A stretch of 56,671 nt of DNA from Anaerolineales bacterium (GTDB lineage Bacteria > Chloroflexota > Anaerolineae > Anaerolineales > E44-bin32): positions 1 to 56,671 of the forward strand of contig DAIRVC010000002.1 of the NCBI GenBank assembly GCA_036803025.1, read 5' to 3'. The notes below the pieces were generated by a model. That model searched no databases, was not told the origin of the DNA, and saw only the letters and a list, made by a program, of their open reading frames with translations. Below, piece after piece: positions 35,831 through 45,683 of this stretch. Positions within the stretch are counted from its first letter, which is position 1; each line of letters starts with the position of its first letter. A program made the position numbers and the translations under genes.

Positions 35831-37102
35831 ATGGGGATGCCTGCAGCCGATCTCTCGCACCTCTCGCCGGTCTGGAACCGCAGCTGGACGCTCTTGGTCG
35901 AGCGCGGTGAAGGTCCGTACCTGATCGACGCCGACGGCCGGCGCTACCTGGATTTCACCTGCGGCATCGGCGTGACCAACACCGGGCATGCGCATCCGCG
36001 CGTGGTCAAAGCCATTCAGGAGCAGGCCGCCCGGCTGCTGCACGGGCAGGCCAACATCGTCGTCCATACGCCGATGCTGGATCTGGCCGGCGAGCTGCTC
36101 GGCGTCGTTCCCGCGCCGCTGGACACATTCTTCTTCACCAACTCGGGCGCCGAGGCGGTCGAGGGCGCGGTCAAGCTGGCCCGGCACGCCACGCGCCGGC
36201 CGAACGTGGTCGTCTTTCAGGGCTCCTTTCACGGCCGCACGAACCTGACCATGGCCATGACCACATCGAAGACGAACTACAGGGCCGGGTACCAACCGCT
36301 GGCGGCCGGGGTATTCGTCGCCCCCTACCCCTACGCCTACCGCTACGGATGGGATGAAAGCAGCACGCTGGCCTTCTGTTTGCGCGAGCTGAAGCACCTG
36401 TTCAAGTCCCAGACCGCCCCGCAGGAGACGGCCGCCATCGTGGTCGAGCCGGTCCTGGGGGAAGGCGGGTATGTGGTCCCGCCGGATGGGTTTTTGCCGG
36501 CGCTGCGCGAGTTGTGCGATGATATGGGTATTCTGCTCATCGCCGACGAAGTCCAGTCCGGCTTCGGGCGCACGGGCAGATGGTTCGCGGTCGACCACCT
36601 TGGCGTGGTGCCCGACCTGCTCATCATGGCCAAGGGCATCGCCTCCGGGCTGCCGCTGGCGGGTCTGGCCGCCCGGCGCGAGTTGATGGAGGAATGGACA
36701 CCCGGATCACACGGCGGCACTTACGGCGGGAACGTCATTGCCTGCGCCGCGGCGGCAGAGACGATCAGGGTCATGCGCGATGAGCGGCTGATCGAGAACG
36801 CGCACGCGATGGGACAAGTGTTGATGGCCGGCCTGCGGCAGCTGCAGAAGGCTCATCCCGAGATCGGAGAGGTGCGCGGCCGCGGCCTGATGATCGCCAG
36901 CGAGTTCACCGATCCGGACGGCGCAGCGGGGACGCAGCGGGCGAAGGCCGTCGTCCAGGCCGCCTTCCAGCGCGGCCTGATGCTGCTGACCTGCGGCTCC
37001 TACGACAACGTCGTCCGTTGGATCCCGCCGCTGATTGTGAACGCCGCCCAGATCGAAGAGGGACTGGAGACGTTCGAACAGGCGCTCGTCCAGTCCCGCT
37101 GA
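35831..37102 (+). CDS. gabT: Class-III PLP aminotransferase, 4-aminobutyrate aminotransferase-like
   Basis: Motifs DEVQSGFGRTG, AKGIASGLPL and SHGGTYGGN. The alternative ATG at 35837 has better RBS spacing. Confidence 0.9.
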   Translation: MGMPAADLSHLSPVWNRSWTLLVERGEGPYLIDADGRRYLDFTCGIGVTNTGHAHPRVVKAIQEQAARLLHGQANIVVHTPMLDLAGELLGVVPAPLDTFFFTNSGAEAVEGAVKLARHATRRPNVVVFQGSFHGRTNLTMAMTTSKTNYRAGYQPLAAGVFVAPYPYAYRYGWDESSTLAFCLRELKHLFKSQTAPQETAAIVVEPVLGEGGYVVPPDGFLPALRELCDDMGILLIADEVQSGFGRTGRWFAVDHLGVVPDLLIMAKGIASGLPLAGLAARRELMEEWTPGSHGGTYGGNVIACAAAAETIRVMRDERLIENAHAMGQVLMAGLRQLQKAHPEIGEVRGRGLMIASEFTDPDGAAGTQRAKAVVQAAFQRGLMLLTCGSYDNVVRWIPPLIVNAAQIEEGLETFEQALVQSR

Positions 37103-37121
37103 GAGGGGCGAGGAGGCAGCC

Positions 37122-39017
37122 ATGACGGAAGGGCTCACCCGGCGCATTCTGCATTTCGACCTGGAAGCCGGATCGCTCAGCATCGAGACGCCATCCGAGT
37201 CGTTCTACCGCCGCTACATGGGCGGCTCGGCCATGGGCCTGTACTACATCCTCAAAGACATGAAGCCCGGCACCGACGCGTTCTCCCCGGGCAATGTGTT
37301 GACCCTGATGGTCAGCCTCCTGACCGGGGCGCCGATATCCGGTCAAAGCCGACTGTGCGCCAACGCGCGTTCGCCGCTGACCGACGGAATCGGCGATGCC
37401 CAGGCCGGCGGCTTCTTCCCGGCCGAGATGCGCTTTGCCGGTTTCGACGGCCTGGTCGTGCGCGGGCGCGCCGCGCGGCCGGTCTACCTCTGGCTGCACA
37501 ACGGGCAGGCGGAGATGCGCCCGGCCGAACACCTGTGGGGAAAGACCACCTCGCAAGTGGATGATCTGATCAAGGCGGAACTCAAGGATGACAAGGTCGA
37601 GATCGCCCAGTGCGGGCCGGCCGGGGAGAAGCTCGTGCGCCTGGCGGCGATCATCAACATGGCCAACCGCGCCAACGGACGCACCGGCCTGGGCGCGGTC
37701 ATGGGATCCAAGAATCTGAAGGCGGTCGTCGTGCGCGGCGAGAGCAAGCGCCTGCCGTGGGCCGACCCCCGCCGCATCAACGAGATGGCGCGCCAGGGCG
37801 CCTCCGAGATCGAGACGAATGCCGACATGCTCGGCCTGCAGAAGCTGGGCACCGCCGGCGTGGTCGCCTTCCAGCACACCATCGGCAGCCTGCCGACGTT
37901 CAACTATGCCCAGGGCCAGTTCGAGGCCTTCGAGGCCATCTCCGGCGAGCGCATGAGCGACACGATCCTGAAGGACAACGACACCTGCTATGCCTGCAGC
38001 GTGCGCTGCAAGCGGGTGGTGGAGACTCAATTCGGCGATCGCCCGGTGGCGCGCCGGCACGGCGGGCCTGAGTACGAGACGATCGCCACCTTCGGATCGT
38101 ACTGCGGCGTCGGTGATCTGGACGCCATCGCGCTGGCCAACCAGCTGTGCAACGAATACGGGCTCGACACGATCGGAACCGGCGCCACCGTCGCCTGGGC
38201 AATGGAGTGCTTCGCACAAGGGATCCTTTCGGAGCAGGAAATCGGGTTCCCGGCCGCGTTCGGCGACGCCTCCGCCATGATTCGCCTGACCGAGATGCTG
38301 GCGCGCCGCGAGGGCTTCGGCGACACACTGGCCGAAGGCTCGCGCCGCGCTGCCCAGAGACTGGGCAAGGGACACGAACTGCTCATCACCGCCAAAGGCG
38401 CAGAAGCCCCGGCGCACATGCCGCAGGCCAAGCGCTCCCTGGGCTTGATCTACGCCGTGAATCCCTTCGGCGCCGACCACCAGTCCTCCGAACATGACCC
38501 GATGATCGAAGACGGCGCCGGGGAGCTGTACATGAAGCGCCTGGCCCGTCTCGGATTCGACCACACGCTCCCGCAGAATTCATTGGCGGCCGACAAGGTG
38601 CGATACGCCTTGAAGACCCAGCAGTTCTACTCTTTCCTGGACACCGCCGCGCTGTGCCAGTTCGTGTGGGGGCCGGCGTGGACCCTCTACGGACCGGATG
38701 AGACCGTCGCCTTCGTGCGGGCGGCGACAGGCTGGGAAGACTTCAGCCTGGAAGAGCTGCTCGAGGTGGGCGAACGACGTCTGAACATGCTGCGCTTGTT
38801 CAACGCCCGCGAGGGTCTCGACCGCAAGGCCGACGGTCTGCCGAAGAAGTTCTTCCGGCCGCTCGGCGGCGGCGGCCCGACAGCCGGGGTCAGTCTGGTC
38901 GAGGCGGAGATCGAATCGGCCAAGGACGAGTACTACCGACTGGCGGGCTGGGACACCCGGACCGGCAACCCCACCAGCGACACCCTGGAGCGGCTGGGAT
39001 TGGGGTGGGCCGTCTGA
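37122..39017 (+). CDS. aor: Aldehyde:ferredoxin oxidoreductase (tungsten/pterin AOR family)
   Basis: AOR N-domain plus the 4Fe-4S ligand motif DTCYACSVRCKR. RBS GAGGAGG. Confidence 0.93.
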   Translation: MTEGLTRRILHFDLEAGSLSIETPSESFYRRYMGGSAMGLYYILKDMKPGTDAFSPGNVLTLMVSLLTGAPISGQSRLCANARSPLTDGIGDAQAGGFFPAEMRFAGFDGLVVRGRAARPVYLWLHNGQAEMRPAEHLWGKTTSQVDDLIKAELKDDKVEIAQCGPAGEKLVRLAAIINMANRANGRTGLGAVMGSKNLKAVVVRGESKRLPWADPRRINEMARQGASEIETNADMLGLQKLGTAGVVAFQHTIGSLPTFNYAQGQFEAFEAISGERMSDTILKDNDTCYACSVRCKRVVETQFGDRPVARRHGGPEYETIATFGSYCGVGDLDAIALANQLCNEYGLDTIGTGATVAWAMECFAQGILSEQEIGFPAAFGDASAMIRLTEMLARREGFGDTLAEGSRRAAQRLGKGHELLITAKGAEAPAHMPQAKRSLGLIYAVNPFGADHQSSEHDPMIEDGAGELYMKRLARLGFDHTLPQNSLAADKVRYALKTQQFYSFLDTAALCQFVWGPAWTLYGPDETVAFVRAATGWEDFSLEELLEVGERRLNMLRLFNAREGLDRKADGLPKKFFRPLGGGGPTAGVSLVEAEIESAKDEYYRLAGWDTRTGNPTSDTLERLGLGWAV

Positions 39018-39058
39018 GCTCGACGGGAAACCCTTGGTCGGCGGAGGCCACAAACGGG

Positions 39059-40483
39059 ATGGAGCACCGACTCTTCATCAATGGGCAGTGGGTGGGTGAA
39101 GGGCCCTTGCTGCAAGTCACCAACAAGTACACCGGTGAGACGTTCGCGGCGCTGCCGCAGGCTCGGCGCGAAGACGTCGACGCGGCACTGGCGGCCGCGG
39201 CCGAGGCTGCGCCGGTCATGGCCGAGCTTCCCGCCCATCGCCGCTACGAGATCCTCTCCCGGGCCGCAGCGCTGATCGCCGAGCGGCGCGACCTGTTCGC
39301 CAGGACCATCGCCACGGAAGCCGGCAAGGCCCTGAAGTTCGCTCGCATCGAGGTTGACCGCGCGATCGGGACCTTCACCTTCGCGGCGGAGGAAGCCAAG
39401 CGCCTGCACGGCGAGACCATACCCCTCGACGCCATCCCCTCGGGTGAGGGCTACTTCGGCTACTATGTGCGCCGCCCGGTCGGTGTCATTGTCGGCATCT
39501 CGCCGTTCAACTTCCCGCTCAACCTGGTGGCTCACAAGGTCGCCCCGGCACTGGCCGCCGGCAATACGATGGTGCTCAAACCAGCCAGTTGGACTCCGGT
39601 CACCGCGGTCCTGCTCTGCCAGGTCCTGGACGAGGCCGGCCTGCCCCCGGGAGCCCTGAACCTGATCGTCGGCCCGGGCGGGACCGTCGGTGAATGGCTG
39701 GTCACCGACGCACGCGTGGCCAAGGTCACCCTCACCGGCAGCGTCCCGGTCGGCCGTCAGATACTGGCGATGGCCGGCATCAAGAAGGTCACTCTGGAGC
39801 TGGGCAACACCGGGCCGGTGATCGTCGCCCCGGACGCTGATCTGGAGTACGCCGCCCGGCGCTGTGCTGTGGGCGCCTACTACAACTCCGGGCAGGTGTG
39901 CATCTCCGTCCAGCGCATCTACATCGAACGGCCGGCCTACGCGGCCTTCACCGACGAGTTCGTCAAAGCCAGTCGGGCGATGGTCGTCGGCGACCCGCTC
40001 GACGAGCGCGTCGATGTCGGCCCGATGATCGACGAGAAGGAGGCCCGCCGTATCGAGGGCTGGGTGGGCGAGGCGCGTGACGCCGGCGCGCGGGTGCTCA
40101 CCGGCGGCTCGCGCCAGGGCTCCGTCTACTCGCCGACCGTCCTGGCGGAGGTCACTTCGGCGATGAAGGTCGTCGCCGAGGAAGCCTTCGCACCCGTCGC
40201 CTCGGTCATCGCGTGCGAAGACTTCGACGAGGCGCTGCGCCTGGCCGATGACACGACCTACGGGCTCCAGGTGTCTGTGTTCACCCGCGACCTGCAGCGC
40301 GTCTTCAGCGCTGTCCGGCGCCTGAATTTCGGCGGCGTCATTGTCAACGACTCACCCGCCTTCCGCGCCGACCACATGCCGTATGGCGGCAACCGACAGA
40401 GCGGCCTGGGTCGCGAGGGTGTGCGCTTCGCCATGGAGGATATGACCAACATCCAGATGGTGGCCATCCGCACCGCCTGGTAG
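39059..40483 (+). CDS. NAD(P)+-dependent aldehyde dehydrogenase
   Basis: Motifs VTLELGNTGP and YYNSGQVCISVQR (catalytic Cys). The ATG at 39059 has GGAGG upstream. Confidence 0.92.
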   Translation: MEHRLFINGQWVGEGPLLQVTNKYTGETFAALPQARREDVDAALAAAAEAAPVMAELPAHRRYEILSRAAALIAERRDLFARTIATEAGKALKFARIEVDRAIGTFTFAAEEAKRLHGETIPLDAIPSGEGYFGYYVRRPVGVIVGISPFNFPLNLVAHKVAPALAAGNTMVLKPASWTPVTAVLLCQVLDEAGLPPGALNLIVGPGGTVGEWLVTDARVAKVTLTGSVPVGRQILAMAGIKKVTLELGNTGPVIVAPDADLEYAARRCAVGAYYNSGQVCISVQRIYIERPAYAAFTDEFVKASRAMVVGDPLDERVDVGPMIDEKEARRIEGWVGEARDAGARVLTGGSRQGSVYSPTVLAEVTSAMKVVAEEAFAPVASVIACEDFDEALRLADDTTYGLQVSVFTRDLQRVFSAVRRLNFGGVIVNDSPAFRADHMPYGGNRQSGLGREGVRFAMEDMTNIQMVAIRTAW

Positions 40484-40499
40484 GCGCGCCGCGATCGCC

Positions 40500-40739
40500 A
40501 TGATCGTTCACGTCCGACTCCATACCACGCTGCGCAGGGCCACGCCCGAGGGCCTCCTCGACCGCCTCGACCTGGAGCTCGATCCGGGTGCCACGGTGGC
40601 CGAGGCGCTGGCGCGCCTCGAAATCCTGCCCCGCGGCGGTTTCGTGGTGATGGCGGTCAACGGGAAGCTGGCCAAGGCGGAGCAGGTCCTGAACGACGGC
40701 GACGAGCTCCGGCTTGTGCCGTCCGTGTCGGGGGGCTAG
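40500..40739 (+). CDS. MoaD/ThiS-family ubiquitin-fold protein (C-terminal GG)
   Basis: 79 aa ending …LVPSVSGG. Adjacent to AOR-type genes, an association known from other organisms. Confidence 0.8.
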   Translation: MIVHVRLHTTLRRATPEGLLDRLDLELDPGATVAEALARLEILPRGGFVVMAVNGKLAKAEQVLNDGDELRLVPSVSGG

Positions 40740-40842
40740 TCCCATCGGGCTTCATTGCGAGGAGCGGCCAAGCTCCCCCTCTCGCGAGGAGACGGTCTCG
40801 CTCCGGCCTGAAGGCCGGGGCGCGCAATGACATTGGGGGGAA

Positions 40843-41571
40843 TCAAACCAACGGCCAGGGATACGGACGGCCGGGGCCGGGCAGCGGGAAGCGTTTGTGC
40901 TCGAGGAGTGCCTCGGCCCGCCCGCGCAGCGCCTCGATCTCCTCTAGCGTGAGAAGCGCCTCCAACCGACCGAGCAGCGGGCTCTTCGGCGCGAGCCGCT
41001 CTCGGAAGCGGCGCAACACCGCGATCAGCTCAGCCGGCACAGGCTGCCCGGCGAAATCCCAGACGACCGTCCGCAGTTTGGGCTCGACGTGGAAGCACAC
41101 CCCATGGTCGATTAACCATAGGTGCCCCTGCGCGTCCAGCAGCACGTGCCCGCTCTTGCGATCGGCGTTGTTGACCAGGGCGTCGAACAGGGCCACCGGG
41201 CGCAGCCGGTCTTTCTCATCATCCGTGAAGGTGAAGTAGTGACGCTCCGGGTCGGCGGCCACATACAGCTGCAGCGACCCCGGCCCCAACGGGCCATCGG
41301 CGCGCAGCACCGTCGGCGGGACAAGGTCCCACCCCAGTGCCTGGCTGGTCAGGTAGGCGGCCACCTCACGCTGAGCCAGCGTCCCTTCGGGGAAATCCCA
41401 CAGCGGCCTCTCGCCTCGGGCCGGCTTGTACACTGCAGAAAGCTCCCCGTCCGGGACTTGCAGCCGGGCAAGGAAGGTGTAGTTCGAGCCCCACAGGAAT
41501 TGCCCCTCGACCTGCAGGGGGGCCGTCGCCAGGAGGTCCTCGATCTCATCGGGGTCGGAAATGGGGATCAC
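40843..41571 (-). CDS. SCO1664-family PI3/PI4-kinase-like protein
   Basis: Catalytic-loop-like NNADRKSGHVLL and DFG-like LIDHG. I chose the GTG at 41571 because the track ATG at 41697 would overlap DUF3090 by 95 nt. The start remains uncertain. Confidence 0.8.
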   Translation of the reverse strand: MIPISDPDEIEDLLATAPLQVEGQFLWGSNYTFLARLQVPDGELSAVYKPARGERPLWDFPEGTLAQREVAAYLTSQALGWDLVPPTVLRADGPLGPGSLQLYVAADPERHYFTFTDDEKDRLRPVALFDALVNNADRKSGHVLLDAQGHLWLIDHGVCFHVEPKLRTVVWDFAGQPVPAELIAVLRRFRERLAPKSPLLGRLEALLTLEEIEALRGRAEALLEHKRFPLPGPGRPYPWPLV

Positions 41572-41602
41572 CGCTCTGAGGGCCGACCGGAGGCGAGTCT
41601 GG

Positions 41603-42130
41603 TCAGCGTTTGTGCCCGTTGCGCTTCGGGCAGAAGTGGCCGTCCGGGTCGATGGGCTGACCGCAGTTGCCGCAGATCGGCCGACCGCGGCTGACAACGT
41701 CGAGTCCCCAGCGGCTCATCGCCCGCAGTTGATCGCGCGTCCCCCAGAAGCGCGCCACTCGCGCCTGCTCCGGGTCGGCGCCCTCTTCCTGGACCTCGCG
41801 GGCCACCAGGATCATGCGATCGGTCTCCTCGTCGTAGCCCAGGCCGAGCTGTCCGACCCGGAAGGCGGCTTCGACCGGTTCCTGCAACTCCATGGAGGCG
41901 GGATCGAACTGGGTCGAGGCCTCGGCCAACTCAGGAAACCGCCGCTGCAGGTCATCCAGGAACTGCTCCACGCCGATCGCCAGCGCCTGCACTTGCTCCT
42001 TCTCCACGATCAGCGACACGAGCTGCTCATCCTGGCGCGCCTGAAGGTAGAAGACGCGCTCGCCCGGCCGGCCGGTAGCCCCGGCCGTGAGGTGCGTCAC
42101 CGGATTCAGTTCGTACCGTTCAGCAGGCAT
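41603..42130 (-). CDS. DUF3090-family protein with a C-terminal zinc ribbon
   Basis: MPAERYELNPVTHLTAGATGRPGERVFYLQA… and CGNCGQPIDPDGHFCPKRNGH. RBS GGAG. Confidence 0.88.
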   Translation of the reverse strand: MPAERYELNPVTHLTAGATGRPGERVFYLQARQDEQLVSLIVEKEQVQALAIGVEQFLDDLQRRFPELAEASTQFDPASMELQEPVEAAFRVGQLGLGYDEETDRMILVAREVQEEGADPEQARVARFWGTRDQLRAMSRWGLDVVSRGRPICGNCGQPIDPDGHFCPKRNGHKR

Positions 42131-42184
42131 GCTGTACTCCGCGATCGGCTGCCACAGACGGTCAGGCAGTTTCGCCAGGGACGG

Positions 42185-42193
42185 ATTCTATCA
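42185..42193 (-). promoter_or_regulatory. Possible internal extended -10 TGATAGAAT overlapping the phosphatase stop codon
   Basis: On the minus strand, the TGA stop (42193-42191) is immediately followed by TAGAAT (42190-42185). It lies 54 nt upstream of the DUF3090 ATG. Confidence 0.3.
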
Positions 42194-42805
42194 CCCCGCG
42201 CCCGGCGGCTCGGCCGCGCGGGTATCGTTCAGCCCCAACAGCCGGGCATGACCGTCGCTGATCGACAGCAGGCTGATCGAGGCCGGCGCCACCGAGAGCC
42301 GCTGGAAGAGATCGAGCGGAAGACCGAGGTAGTGCGCCACGGCCAGCTTGATGACATCTGCGTGTGAGACACAGGCCACGCTCGCCTTCGGATGCGCCCG
42401 GTGTATGGCCTCCAGCTCGGCCACCACGCGGGCCTGCACCTCGAGGAACGACTCGCCTTCCGGGAAGCGCGCCAGCGAGGGCGCGAACTGAATCACCGGC
42501 CAGAGCTTGCGCCGCCGCAGCGACTTGAGCGACTGACCCTGCCAGCGGCCGGGGCGCACCTCTCCCAATCCCGGCCGGATGACGATCTTGAGCGCCTTGA
42601 GATCGGCCAGCGGAGCGGCCGTCTCCATGGTCCTCACCAGCGGGCTGGCGTAGATCGCCCGAATGGGGGCATCGGCCAGCGCGCGCGCCAGCGCCTGCGC
42701 TTGCGCCCGGCCGCGCTCGTTCAGATGCACGCCGGGCATCCAGCCCGCCAGCCGCTTGCCGATCATGTCGTTCTCACCGTGGCGGATCAGATAGACGAGG
42801 GTCAT
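42191..42805 (-). CDS. Histidine phosphatase (phosphoglycerate-mutase superfamily; MSMEG_4193-like)
   Basis: LIRHGEN catalytic motif and the second His in CVSHADVIK. Confidence 0.9.
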   Translation of the reverse strand: MTLVYLIRHGENDMIGKRLAGWMPGVHLNERGRAQAQALARALADAPIRAIYASPLVRTMETAAPLADLKALKIVIRPGLGEVRPGRWQGQSLKSLRRRKLWPVIQFAPSLARFPEGESFLEVQARVVAELEAIHRAHPKASVACVSHADVIKLAVAHYLGLPLDLFQRLSVAPASISLLSISDGHARLLGLNDTRAAEPPGAG

Positions 42806-42812
42806 GGGGCAC

Positions 42813-44234
<1,422 letters not shown>

Positions 44235-44242
44235 CAGCGCGG

Positions 44243-44251
44243 ATTCTACCA
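44243..44251 (-). promoter_or_regulatory. Extended -10 TGGTAGAAT, 8 nt upstream of the rarA ATG (leaderless)
   Basis: Minus strand: aTGgTAGAATccgcgctgATG(44234). Confidence 0.5.
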
Positions 44252-44281
44252 TCGGGCGATGCCGCGCCCGTCACGGCGCCC

Positions 44282-44310
44282 TTGCCGCCCCACCCCGGGC
44301 GTGGCACAAT
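44282..44310 (+). promoter_or_regulatory. Promoter-like TTGCCG-N17-CACAAT (with TG) for the MFS gene
   Basis: TTGCCG 44282-44287 and TGgCACAAT 44302-44310. Confidence 0.4.
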
Positions 44311-44410
44311 TGCCGGGCTTCCACGAAGCGGGTCACGCGTGGGGCTCCCAGGGGGTGTTGTGGAGAAATCCCCACCCAGACGGCCGGCGTTTCCCCTGAT
44401 CTCGAAGACA

Positions 44411-45616
44411 ATGCTGCTGTTCCTGGTCGCCATGGCCTTGACCGAGGCCACGCGCGCCATGACCACGGTGCAGGTCCCCGTCTACCTGCGCTGGCTCGGC
44501 GCCGACGTCCCTCAGGTCGGCCTGTTCTTCACCCTCTCGGCGATCATCCCCCTGGCGCTGCTCGCCCTGGGGGGCTGGCTCTCGGACTCCTTGGGGCGGC
44601 TGAAGGCGATTGCCTGGGGGAGCGTGGCCGGCGTGCTGGCCTACCTGTCCTACGCCGTCGCCCGCAACTGGGGTGCAGCACTGATCGGGCCGGCCTTTGT
44701 AGCCGTGGCGCACGCGTTGATCCGCCCTTCGTACCGCGCCTACATCGCCGACCACACCCGGCCCGAGATACGCGGCCGGGTCTTTGCCCTGGCCGAGACC
44801 GCCGCCAACCTGACCTGGATCTTCGGCCCGCCTCTGGGCGGCTGGCTGGCCCAGAACCTCGGTTTCGCCGCGCTCTTCGGCGCGGCGGCTTCGGCATACG
44901 CCGTCGCCGGCGTGTTGACCCTGCAGCTCAGCCGCGGCCGCCACGAAGCCACACAACCCGGGGCCGAGAGGCCTACGCTCCAATCGCTGCGCAGCGCCAT
45001 CGTGCAGATGGGCGCGCTGATCCTCTCCGGCGGTTTGATCACCTGGCTGCTCATCACCGACGGCATCCGCGATATTGCCTTCCGCATGTCCTTTGACCTG
45101 ATGCCTGTCTACCTGACCGATGTCTGGGGCTTGACCCGCCAACAAATCGGCATGCTGGACGGGATCTTCGGCGCGGTGCTGGTCCTGTGCGGATATCCGG
45201 CCGGTTGGTTGACGGACAAGACCAGCGAGCGGGTCAGCATGGTCTCGGGGTTGGCGGCGGTGATCGCTTCGCGCCTGGCCTTCATCCTGGTGAGCGGTTT
45301 CTGGGGTTTCGCTTTCTCGTGGTCACTGCTGGCGGTGGGCGTGGCGCTCATGGACCCGGCCATTCAGTCTCTGATCTCGAAGGCGGTCCCGCAGCGGCTG
45401 CGCGGCCTGGCCTACGGGTTGTTGGCGACGAGTTGGGGAATAGTCAGCCTGCCCTCGCCCTGGATCGGCGGCCTGCTCTGGGATCGCTTCGGCCCTCAGG
45501 CTCCGTTTATCGCCACGGTCGTCTTGGGCTGCCTGACGCTGCTGCCGGCCTGGATGCGACTCAAGGTCCCGCGCTCCTCGCCCGAGACCGCGCCCGGGGC
45601 AGACTCGCCCGGCTAG
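44411..45616 (+). CDS. MFS transporter
   Basis: About 12 TM helices and the MFS loop motif GWLSDSLGRLK. The start is uncertain: an alternative GTG at 44360 would add VEKSPPRRPAFPLISKT. Confidence 0.85.
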   Translation: MLLFLVAMALTEATRAMTTVQVPVYLRWLGADVPQVGLFFTLSAIIPLALLALGGWLSDSLGRLKAIAWGSVAGVLAYLSYAVARNWGAALIGPAFVAVAHALIRPSYRAYIADHTRPEIRGRVFALAETAANLTWIFGPPLGGWLAQNLGFAALFGAAASAYAVAGVLTLQLSRGRHEATQPGAERPTLQSLRSAIVQMGALILSGGLITWLLITDGIRDIAFRMSFDLMPVYLTDVWGLTRQQIGMLDGIFGAVLVLCGYPAGWLTDKTSERVSMVSGLAAVIASRLAFILVSGFWGFAFSWSLLAVGVALMDPAIQSLISKAVPQRLRGLAYGLLATSWGIVSLPSPWIGGLLWDRFGPQAPFIATVVLGCLTLLPAWMRLKVPRSSPETAPGADSPG

Positions 45617-45683
45617 AGTCCAGCAGCGACCCGGCACGCGCCGGCTGCGCGCCCGCGCCCCCTTGGCCCGGGTGCGGCCTGGC

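Noticed and set aside
30205-38564. Series of long minus-strand ORFs (30205-31587, 31500-32549, 32649-33725, 34208-36598, 36906-38564) opposite the aminotransferase/ALDH/AOR genes
   Set aside because: Same reasoning: the products are Arg/Gly/Asp-rich and unlike proteins, whereas every plus-strand partner has unmistakable family motifs and coupled starts.
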